A stretch of 63,960 bases of DNA, filler included, from Octopus bimaculoides (taxonomy: Eukaryota), in assembly GCF_001194135.2 (NCBI RefSeq). It is 6 parts of 5 records of this genome, joined end to end, with 100 filler letters (N's around TTAATTAATTAA, not from the genome) between each part and the next. Parts side by side here need not be neighbours in the genome. Positions count along the whole stretch, not along the records: positions 29,643 to 60,638 come from NC_068981.1; positions 60,739 to 62,546 come from NC_068990.1; positions 62,647 to 63,960 come from NC_069010.1; 3 more parts are not named here. One strand, 5' to 3'. Positions within the stretch are counted from its first letter, which is position 1, and each line of letters starts with the position of its first letter. Below the pieces are notes generated by a model that saw only the letters and a list, made by a program, of their open reading frames with translations, made no database searches and was not told where the DNA came from. This document shows positions 53,638-63,960 of the stretch, piece by piece. Position numbers and translations under genes: made by a program.

Positions 53638-53734
53638 TAAACATCGAAAGCGTTTACACAATACTTCCTTTCCGACAATTTGTGTCATTCTATATTTTTA
53701 ACAGCTTTTTAACATATGTATTTGTATGTATATA

Positions 53735-54115
53735 TTCTTTTATTCTTTTATTCTTTTATTTCTTTTAATTATTTGACCGCGGCCATGCTGGAGCATCGTC
53801 TTTAGTCGAACAAATCGCCCCCAGGACTTATTCTTTGTAAGCCGAGTACTTATTTTATCGGTTCTTTTGCCGTACATCTAAGTTACGGCGACGTAAACAC
53901 ACCAACATCAGTTGTCAAGCGATGTTGGGGGTACAAACACAGGCACACAAACACACACACACATATGTGTATATACGACGGGCTTCTTTCAGTTTCCATC
54001 TACTAAATCCACTCGCAAGGCATTGGTCGACCCGAGGTTATAGAAGAAGATACTTGCCCAAGGTGACACGCAGTGGGACTGAACCTGGAACCACGTGGTT
54101 CGGTAAGCAAGCTAC
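53735..54115 (-). mobile_element. Same tRNA/CORE-like SINE family
   Basis: Same architecture and diagnostic motifs as 11247-11650. Confidence 0.85.
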
Positions 54116-54461
54116 TATACTTCATTCAATTTGCCATCAAGTCATTACATAGAAGTAGTAGCTGCGGGCTGGACAATAACATTAGTGAGATGAATGATGA
54201 AAAAAATGGCATTAATGAGAGAAAGCAGATGACGCCCGCCGATCCCTGCTTTTCTAAAACATTGTTCTTTTACAAAACACACAATTTGAGGTAATAAACC
54301 TCTTGCTAATGTTCCATTGGACACAAGGTCCTTACAATGAGGCACCAAGCCTCTTACCAAAAATAATACAATGTCCTTACAAATGAGACAATAGGCCTCT
54401 TACATTTTCTCTTATGGGTCATATGCCCTTTCAGTATGAGGCACTCAGCCTCTTAATTTTA

Positions 54462-55345
54462 CTATTTTTTGCCCCGCCGGCACCTGACCAACCTCAATGC
54501 GTCACTTAAGCACACCGATAGTGCCATGTCTGGGCGCCTTAATCGAAAGCGGAATACCTCTTCTGGGAAGGACTTTATTACCTTGAAAAAATCCGCGTCT
54601 GAGATGACCTCCACAGCTACCTGCGGAGGCCATCCAGGATCTTTAATGGAGGTTATGTCTCCCCCCCCGGCAAATTTTTTAGTAAACTTCGCCACCGTCT
54701 CTCGCCTGCGGAAGAATACCAAAAATTCCTCCTCCACATGGGTCGAGGCCACAACTTCCACCATNNNNNNNNNNNNNNNNNNNNNNNNNNNNNNNNNNNN
54801 NNNNNNNNNNNNNNNNNNNNNNNNNNNNNNNNNNNNNNNNNNNNNNNNNNNNNNNNNNNNNNNNNNNNNNNNNNNNNNNNNNNNNNNNNNNNNNNNNNNN
54901 NNNNNNNNNNNNNNNNNNNNNNNNNNNNNNNNNNNNNNNNNNNNNNNNNNNNNNNNNGGCAACCATTGTTGCCCATCTTCTTCCTTTTTATCCCCCTTTA
55001 TTTTCGGAGAGGTCTCCACTGCTTCCATCTCTCCCTCCGAAGGAGGAGGTGGGGGTTCTTCCATCACTAACTGTTCCAGGACCTTACTTTGGTCCTAGGG
55101 ACAGTTCTTTTTAATGTGGCCTGGTTCCAGGCACAGGTGACATTTGGGGGGGGGGCGTCCCTGAAGGATCACGGATACCTAGAACCGGCCATTTTAAGAA
55201 AATCTGGAAACACCAAATTCTTGGGTGATTGGGCCCACAGGGTCAAAACGACTTTTGACCCCACCCAATCAGCCGCAGGTAAAATTTTGACAATGAGGAG
55301 CTTGGTTCCGCTGTCACCCAGACCCTCTTATCTAAGCTACAACTG
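54462..55345 (-). mobile_element. Gag/ORF1-like fragment of an L1/Tx1-type element
   Basis: The minus strand at ~55110-55160 encodes CHLCLEPGHIKKNC (CX2CX4HX4C). It is followed by a Pro/Glu/Lys-rich ORF (54462-55067) that crosses an N gap. Cut at its 5' side by a SINE at 55347. Confidence 0.65.
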
Positions 55346-55346
55346 A

Positions 55347-55690
55347 GAGAGTGTGGCTGCGTGGTAAGAAGCTTGCTTCCCAACCATATGGTTCCCGGTT
55401 CAGTCCCATTGCGTGGCATCTTGACTAAAGACCTGTGAGTAGATTTCGTGTGTATATGTATCTCTGTGTATGTTTTTGTGTCTGTGTTTGTCCCCCCACC
55501 ATCGCTTGACAGCCAATGTTGGTGTATTTACGCCCCCATAACCTAGCAGTTCAGCAAAAGCGACCGACAGAATAAGTCCTAGGCTTAGGAAGAATAAGTT
55601 CTAGGGTCGATTTGTTCGACTAAAACACTTTAAAGTGGTGCTCCAGCATGGCCACAGTCAAATGACTGAAACATGCAAAAGAGTAAAAGG
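55347..55690 (+). mobile_element. Same tRNA/CORE-like SINE family
   Basis: Head gtggctgcgtggtaagaagcttgcttcccaaccatatggttcccggttcagtccc; tail catggccacagtcaaatgactgaaac. Confidence 0.82.
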
Positions 55691-56858
55691 ATATATATAT
55701 GGAAGTGCGATGGTTCATCTTTGTTCGCTTAGTATTTGGGTTTATTTTTTGATTTGGTTAAATCTTGGTTGGTTTTTTTTTTTGTTGGTCAGTTATTTTT
55801 AGCGTTTTGATAGAAAAAAGGTCATTCTAAAATAGTTTTTAATGTAAGCGTGCCCAAACAAGTCGAATGCTTACACAGAACAGGTTTTACAGCCACTTCA
55901 TCCAAACAGACCGTATCAAACCGGGCTTAGCTGCTAGTATATATATATATATATATATATATATTCAGTTAGTAGAAGCTAACCCTTCACTCTGCTGTTT
56001 CGCTGAATAGTATTCACATTTGTGTGTGCACATTGAAAATATGTTTATAGATTTGAGATGTGAATTTTCAAACAATTTTCGTGCTTTCACAAAGTATGTA
56101 CAAAAATGTTTATTCGAGGAAAGGCCATATGTATATGCGTCAGCATATGACAGATTGTGATTGTGTGGAGTAATTTTCTGTCTATAAATATACATTCTAT
56201 TTGAAAACAGTTGTGCGGTAGACATAACAGTGCAGATTATTAAAGCGATGTGTGGATATGGCATAGAGGTTTTACGTGGGCATTGATTGTTGCTGCAGTT
56301 TCTCTCGATGCAAACAATCTGCGATTTCATTGAATAACATCGCATGGCATAATTCTGAACGAGCGAGAGAGGCAGGATAGTGAAAGAAGATGAGAGAGAG
56401 GGAGAGAGAGAAAGAGAGAGGGAGAGAGAGCGCGAACGAGAGATGGTGTGTGTGGTATCATATGCATATACACATATATTCACACCTATGTGTGAGTATA
56501 TGTGTAGGTGACAATGGTTAAATTTATTCATATATATATTGATATGTGCGTGTGTTTGTGTTTGTGTTTGCGTGTGTATGTGTAAATAGATAGATATATA
56601 CATACATATAGACTTATATGTATACATATATCTCACTTTAGATATGCATGTATGTACGCACACACGCCTTCATAGAAAAAGAAAGAAGGAAAGAAATAAA
56701 GAAAGAAAGAAAGAAAGAAGGAAGCAAATAAAGAGAAAAACTGGAACCCGATAAACAAAAATGTTGGAGAAACTGTGCATGGTAAGTGATGTAGAAGAAA
56801 AAAGAAGGAACGAAAGAAAATTTATAAGTACAATGGTTTTGGAAAAGGATTATGAAAC

Positions 56859-56922
<64 letters not shown>

Positions 56923-58479
56923 ATAACTAGATAGATATTGGTATGTATATATAATATGTATGCTTTATATGTATGTATGATTTTATTTATGCACATCTGT
57001 AAGTGTACATTTATGAATGTGATTCAATAAAATTCTATCTCATTGTGATTAGAACTGAAAGTATTGAATCAGACAATATACTGACAACAAAAATATATCA
57101 CTTATTAATTAGATAGTTATATTAATTCTTTTCAGTTATGGCATTCCTTATATATGATTAGAAAAGTATGACATGAAACACAATATATCGTATGAACACA
57201 TACAATAATAGATAATATTATAAAAGAAAAATATGTTGATTAGTATAATTGTATCATACTTAAAGCAAATACATCATTGTCTGATAAACTGCGTTATCAT
57301 CTCGAGATAATATCACTTATAGGCAAATGGAGTAAAAGAAACCATAGAAGAATGTCTGTAGAAGGCGAAAATCGTGCAGGAGTGTTAGTGCCGTTGCTAA
57401 AAACGTATTTCTGCCTTTTGGGTTTCGCTAGTAGAAAATATTGACTGGCAACTACATGATAAAACGAAATCAGCCTCTCTTATATAGTAAAACAGTGACT
57501 GAAAAGTCACCGATGCAGAGAAACTGAATAAGAATTCGTCAAGAGCGACAGAAGCAATATTAGTTCAGTGGATTAGTTATATCTTTACGCTCAAAGGGGA
57601 AATAACTCAAATTTTCTTTCTTTTCTTTTTCCGTTCTCTTCACAAAAAACAAAGACAAAACAAAACCAAGAAAAGAAATGTTAGATCAAAATGTGTGAAG
57701 TTAAAAACGTGAGAGTAAGGCGAAAAATTGACCTTGAATCAAAATATCTAGGCTATTTTAAAAGAAAAGTATATATTAATTGAATTTAAAAGAGTGTGTT
57801 CTTTCAGAAGAATCTTTAGGTGAAAACCGCGTTAAAAAGTAATAGCCAGAAGAAAAGTTGTGTGAAGAAAAGTGACGAAAAAGTGGTAAGTAACCTCCCC
57901 GCCACCAAATCGACATTGAATCGAAATATCTCAGCTAATATTGAAGAAAACTATACAACAGTTGTGTTCAAATGAAAGAGTTATATGAGATGAATCTTAT
58001 GGTAAAAGCCTCATCAAAAAATATTAGCTGCAAAAAAGTGGTGGGGCTTTAAGTGACAAAAAAGGTGACCATTTTAACAAATTAAAATATTTTTGTCATT
58101 TTAAGATATTTAACATTATAAAAAACGGCATCTGATATGATATGTCGCTTAGCTTGATTGCAGTTTGGGAGGTACGGTTTCGATCCTTTGTAGTAGTGTG
58201 TTGGACATTTTCCCCGTTTTCTAAGGGTATTGCGAAAACCTTTACTTCTAAATCTTGTCAAAAAATATTTTTTTAAATGGTGATAATTTTAAGAAATCAA
58301 AATATTTTTGTCATTTTAAGAGAAAAATAATATTTGAATTTAAATGAAAGCGTTCATCCACAAGAATATTTTGGAGAAAACCTTGTTTAAAAATATTAAG
58401 CATAAATACAGTCATGACTTGTTGCGATTTCATATTAATTTTTATTATTTTGTTTACTCTTAAAAAATATTATTGATTA

Positions 58480-58709
58480 TACTGTAATCCCTCGACTATC
58501 GCGGGTATTACGTTCCAAACCCCGCCCGCGATAGGTGAAAATCCGCCAAGTAGAAACAGTACTGTACTGTATATTTTTAAAAATTATTTTTATAATCTAT
58601 ATATATATTTATTTTATTATAGATACAAAATGACACCACGGAGGAATCGACATAAGCTTAAATAATAAACCGCGATAGGTGAACCGGGATATGACAAGGG
58701 ATCACTGTA
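58480..58709. mobile_element. pogo/Tigger-type MITE
   Basis: Termini ta-ctgtaatccctcgactatcgcgg ... gggatcactg-ta with a TA target site. Internal repeat ccgcgataggtgaa occurs twice. Confidence 0.72.
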
Positions 58710-60075
58710 TATTGGAGTATACCATTATTTTATAATAATTTAACAAATATATATTTATTTGTAACAGATATGTTGTTGTTAACCCTTTGTTACTTATATG
58801 CGCAAACAAAATTTCTGAGTTTGGACAAAACCTATAATCAAAAAAATATAGAGAATGTTTGAGGATTGAGCGTCCGCAATTTTCATTCTAGAACAAAACA
58901 ATTACCAGCATTATCAGCTCTACGAAGAAGAGGAGCTCCTTCGTGGTAACTTGGCCTGCATGAAATAACAACCAAATTACTTCAAATCATATATCTCACC
59001 ATTTTAAAACTGAAAAGGCAATTAAATAACAAAACCCTCCACATACCTAACACAGCGAGGCGGTCACGGCTGGACTGCTTATTATTATAGATTTTCTCGA
59101 TCAGAATTAAGTAAGAGCTAAATTGCAACACATTTATCTACTACACATCACATCATGTTGCAGAATAAACGCTTCAGTTATGCCCTACTAACTTCAGTCA
59201 AATAGGTTCTTTTCTTTTTCTTTTTCAAATCAGTCAAATTCACAGACAACAGGCGGATGCAAGACAACAAGCAGATGCAAGATACGTACCTTTTACCTAA
59301 GCCGTAATTTGGAACCTTTCCACTGGATATGAGAAGTGCAATAGGGACATAAACATCCGGGGAAGAAAAAAAAACCGTTGGAAAACCGATTGTAGCAGTG
59401 ACTCGATCAATCCCCAGGGATATCTGAAGAAGGAATTTTTATATTCCGAAATATTATATCAGACTATGGATGATTAAATTACATCAGTTATTGTAGTCCA
59501 TTGCTGTGCCATTCAAAACACATTATTATTATTTATTATTTTTTACAAACAATACACAATGCTTCAAGCNNNNNNNNNNNNNNNNNNNNNNNNNNNNNNN
59601 NNNNNNNNNNNNNNNNNNNNNNNNNNNNNNNNNNNNNNNNNNNNNNNNNNNNNNNNNNNNNNNNNNNNNNNNNNNNNNNNNNNNNNNNNNNNNNNNNNNN
59701 NNNNNNNNNNNNNNNNNNNNNNNNNNNNNNNNNNNNNNNNNNNNNNNNNNNNNNNNNNNNNNNNNNNNNNNNNNNNNNNNNNNNNNNNNNNNNNNNNNNN
59801 NNNNNNNNNNNNNNNNNNNNNNNNNNNNNNNNNNNNNNNNNNNNNNNNNNNNNNNNNNNNNNNNNNNNNNNNNNNNNNNNNNNNNNNNNNNNNNNNNNNN
59901 NNNNNNNNNNNNNNNNNNNNNNNNNNNNNNNNNNNNNNNNNNNNNNNNNNNNNNNNNNNNNNNNNNNNNNNNNNNNNNNNNNNNNNNNNNNNNNNNNNNN
60001 NNNNNNNNNNNNNNNNNNNNNNNNNNNNNNNNNNNNNNNNNNNNNNNNNNNNNNNNNNNNNNNNNTATATATATG

Positions 60076-60120
<45 letters not shown>

Positions 60121-60125
60121 ATGTT

Positions 60126-60158
<33 letters not shown>

Positions 60159-60591
60159 ATGTATATTCAGTGGCCGTTCATACTAAGCTGGGTACCGTCT
60201 AATCCGACCACAGAAGCGCCTTTTCAATAAAGTAATGTTGATAGCATATGAGTTCAAACAAAAGCCCATTTGATATATTTTGATATATTTAACTGGAGAA
60301 GAGGTAAGATGCGTGGTATGTCTGCTGATAGAAGTAGAGATAATGATATTCAAGAGTTTAAATTTAGATATACGAACCTAATGTTAGCTTGCTGCTAATG
60401 TAACGGTCAGAACTTAAGAGCCAGCAGCATTTCTCACATCGAGATGTCCTTTGAACAATAAAAAGCGGTGTGGCAAAAAATCCGATGGCATAACAGTGGG
60501 TCACAGTTATCACAATTGAATGATTCAAGTACGTACCTTATGTATGTCTAAAGCTTTAAATAATAAAGGAAATTATATATGTATATGCAAG

Positions 60592-60638
<47 letters not shown>

Positions 60639-60789
60639 NNNNNNNNNNNNNNNNNNNNNNNNNNNNNNNNNNNNNNNNNNNNTTAATTAATTAANNNNNN
60701 NNNNNNNNNNNNNNNNNNNNNNNNNNNNNNNNNNNNNNATATATATATATATATATATAGTGGTTTCTGGTTGAGCATCCCTATGGTCA

Positions 60790-61300
60790 AAGATGTTGCA
60801 GTTTTGAGGATCCTGCTATTTCAGTTACATGCCACCACTGTCATCAAGGATCTCTGCTATCGAAAGTACATTCTTAACATCGCTAGGACCGTCACCCAGA
60901 CTTACAGTCCTCTTCAAGGTCAGAAAATGTGTCACCCCAACAATTGTTAATTCTATAAGGCTCATGTGAGACTGATGATAGAGTACTGCATCCACATCTG
61001 GGATGGAGATGGTTCCATTCACACAGACATTCTAGGCCATGTCCAGAGAAAAGCTAGTCGACTGATCAGTATTAAATCACCAACAGATACGTTGTAGCTC
61101 ACCGACGTACTTTTTACCTCGAATATAATGTTGAGTGTTCTTCAGAACTGGTTGATCCTGTATCTTTTCCACTTAGCCAGTCTTGGCTCACTCATCTAGC
61201 ACCACTTCTCATCACACTTGTTGCATCCAAACCAACTCGGCATCGCACTATCACACTACTCAGTTCATAATCCCTGAAATATCAGCCCTCAACAATCTTC
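60790..61300 (+). mobile_element. Degenerate APE-type LINE 3' fragment (RT C-terminus; L2/Jockey-like group)
   Basis: Reads QLLILYKAHVRLMIEYCIHIWDG...GHVQRKASRLI, the common post-RT motif LY...VRP.LEY...VW...QR.A.R.I. Confidence 0.68.
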
Positions 61301-62185
61301 GACCTCCTCGTGTATTTTCTGCTGGTGTTGGCCTGCACAATTTAAACGGCACATTAACAACATCAGGTTTACCTGCGTCTCAGGCCTGGCGAAGATCATG
61401 TGCAATGTCTTTTCTTTCACATTCATCAAGTATAAGTATATAGTCCAATTTGAACAGCATAATACAATATGTCCTTCTGTAATGTAGAAATTTCTGCAGA
61501 CGACCACATAAAGGATCACTGTATTCATCTAGTTGTGAACCTACACAGCCCAGTTTGTATACAAGTTACCTTTAATAGCTCAGAGCGTGTACAACGTCAA
61601 TTTCCAAGAGTTGCCAAATAAAAAAAAAAACCGTATTTTATAGAATTTTTTAAATATTGAAAATATTTTTGAAGTTCTTTATACATAAACACGTTTTTTT
61701 TTATGCTTTAGTATACTTCTTATACTTTCATCAAATGATGAATTTTTGTTTTGGTGAATAGAATTTTTCAAAAGATAAGCACTATATTAAATGAGAATAT
61801 TTATAAAATAAAATGAAATAAAATATAGAAAACTAGAGCGAGAGCCAGGTAGCCTTTCAACATATATATTCAGATAAACAAATGCGCAAATTGAAGAAGT
61901 ATATCTATGCACGTAAGTGTATGTGTGTTTATATATGTGCAGAGAAAGGGAGAGTGAGGGAGGGAGAGTGGGAGGGAGAGAGATGAACACCAACATGTAA
62001 ATGCTTGCACAAATAATTATATAGATGTTCCATTCACTCGTATAGACGGAGAGAAAGCGAAAGTAAAAGAACAGATAAGCGTGAGTGTGAGTGCATGTAT
62101 GTAAGTATGTACGAATGTATGTATGTATGTATGCCTGTATTTATGTATGTATATATAGATAGATAAACAGACAGATAGACAGACG

Positions 62186-62247
<62 letters not shown>

Positions 62248-62332
62248 CAGGCAGATAGATATGTAAAGATAGACATGTAAGTGAATGTTTATATTTATAA
62301 GTGTATATATAAGTGTTTCCTTTTATGTGTAT

Positions 62333-62372
<40 letters not shown>

Positions 62373-62386
62373 AAGANNNNNNNNNN

Positions 62387-62427
<41 letters not shown>

Positions 62428-62479
62428 AAGACAGGCAGATAGACAGAGGGAGAGAGAGAAAGGTTGATAGATACATAGC

Positions 62480-62512
<33 letters not shown>

Positions 62513-62699
62513 AATATAAACATATGTATACATGTGTATGCATATANNNNNNNNNNNNNNNNNNNNNNNNNNNNNNNNNNNNNNNNNNNNTTAATTAATT
62601 AANNNNNNNNNNNNNNNNNNNNNNNNNNNNNNNNNNNNNNNNNNNNCAACATGTGTCTCCTTGCAATAATGTAATCTTTAAATCTAATCAAGATATCTT

Positions 62700-63830
62700 T
62701 GGCCTGAAGAGTAGCTGGCAGGATACACCTCACATTTTTACCAACACTGGGGAGAATTGAGATTGTCTGCTCCTGACAAGGTGGAGGACTGTTGGAGTCA
62801 GAGAGCTTGGGGAAACATAATTTCGAAGGTCAACTTCGACTCCCTCTTCATTCAGTCGATCCAGTTTTCAAGGGGCCGCTTACTGTCTGCTAGCGCCAAA
62901 TACTCAGGTGACTGGATTGATGCCATCCCTATGGCTAATGTTGGTGGCCTACTCAGCTTGGACGAACTTTGTGTCTCCATTGCCCTCAGAGTGGGAGCTG
63001 ATGTATGCACGTGTTTGATCTGTCGTTGTGGAAGGCTCCTCAACTCCACAGGTCTCCATGGCCTTTCTTATTTCTTTATTGCCCACAAGGGGCTAAACAT
63101 AGAGGGGACAAACAGATCAAGTCGATTACATCGAACCCCAGTGCGAAACTGGTACTTAATTTATCGACCCCGAAAGGATGAAAGGCAAAGTCGACCCCAG
63201 CGGAATTTGAACTCAGAACGCAACGGCTGACGAAATACCGTTAAGCATTTCGCCCGGCGTGCTAACGATTCTGCCAGCTCACCTTTCTTGCCGCCTGAAT
63301 GCTGGTTGCTCCAGCATGTCATACAGAGATGAACCTGATACTCAAGAAGAACTTGGCCCAGGCAAACATCCCCTCCATCTTGGAACAAGCTGGATTGTCC
63401 AGATGTGATGGGAAGAGACCCGACAGCCTCACCCTGTGCCCCTGGTCACAAGGCAGATGCTTTGTCTGGGATGTCACAGTTAACGACTCCTTTGCTTCTT
63501 CTCACATCCTGGATGCTGCGGTCAGGTGGGGGGAATCCACAGCTTCTGCAGCCGAGCGGAACAAAATCCTGAAATACTGCAATCTGTCGCAGCCAACTAC
63601 GTTTTCTATCTTGTGGCATTCGAGTCGTTTGGTGGGGGTCGAACCACTGACTGTGAGATTTCTGTCTTCACTGGCAACTTGCCTTGCAGTGGTAACTGGT
63701 GAGGCTCGTGAGGGCGCTTGGCTGTTCAAGCGCATCAGCCTCGCCATCATCCACAGCAACACTGCAATCATATTGGCATGTCTCAATAGTTATTAGAGAG
63801 ATCTCCCAGCATTTCAACCCAAAGTGGTGA
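62700..63830 (+). mobile_element. 3' fragment of a CRE-clade non-LTR element (restriction-like endonuclease), interrupted by a SINE
   Basis: RLLSASAKYSGDWIDAIP, SIALRVG...CRCG...GLHGLS(C), then GLSRCDGKRPDSLTLCPW..G...VWDVT, AERNKILKY and RISLAII..N. Confidence 0.87.
63070..63281 (-). mobile_element. Nin/Deu-domain SINE inserted in the CRE fragment
   Basis: Contains ttatcgaccccgaaaggatgaaaggcaaagtcgacc (the Nin/Deu-type central domain, reverse complement). Flanked by the direct repeat cctttctt. Confidence 0.85.
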
Positions 63831-63835
63831 ATTAC

Positions 63836-63910
63836 TCTTTTACTTGTTTCAGTCATTTGACTGCGGCCATGCTGGAGCACCGCCTTTTAGTCGAGCAAAT
63901 CGACCCCAGG
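63836..63910 (-). mobile_element. 3' end fragment of the tRNA/CORE-like SINE
   Basis: tactcttttacttgtttcagtcatttgactgcggccatgctggagcaccgcc matches the 11247 copy almost exactly. Confidence 0.8.
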
Positions 63911-63960
63911 TGGGAGAACACACGTGGAGGCATACCACACACACACACACACACACACAC

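Noticed and set aside
54288-54452. Interpretation of the hairpin array as a CRISPR array
   Set aside because: Eukaryotic context, repeats only 15 nt with variable loops, and no cas genes. Kept as a structured-RNA finding instead.
59234-59285. Candidate 52-nt exon after a polypyrimidine tract (QIHRQQADARQQADAR)
   Set aside because: Weak donor (gtacct), no recognisable homology, and not dynein-like.

Overview
Eukaryotic, AT-rich, microsatellite-saturated draft-assembly DNA with many N gaps. The repeat content (tRNA/CORE-type and Nin/Deu-domain SINEs, RTE, Tx1/L1, R4/Dong and CRE LINE relics) resembles an Octopus-type cephalopod genome; this is inference from recalled repeat families, not a database search. 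Only one host-gene exon is supported: a 246-nt phase 0-0 exon (26130-26375, +) of an axonemal outer-arm beta-type dynein heavy chain (DNAH9/11/17 family). The rest is transposon debris: a near-full-length but disabled Tx1/L1 LINE (~13.3-18.5 kb, -), RTE fragments, R4/Dong and CRE restriction-like-endonuclease LINE fragments, a mariner relic, MITEs, long palindromes and many SINEs. Most ORF-track entries are microsatellite or gap artefacts. The most interesting unexplained signals are: (1) minimal type I hammerhead-ribozyme-like motifs with palindromic stem III in three small repeat families, a Penelope/retrozyme signature; (2) a gag-like ORF with no ORF2 after it, followed by four spaced hairpins with a compensatory base change; (3) long fold-back elements in (TA)n tracts; (4) an (AAT)n tract hit by three elements; (5) a CpG-rich (ACGA)n satellite with ~400-bp higher-order structure. 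All repeat boundaries were read by eye and are approximate.
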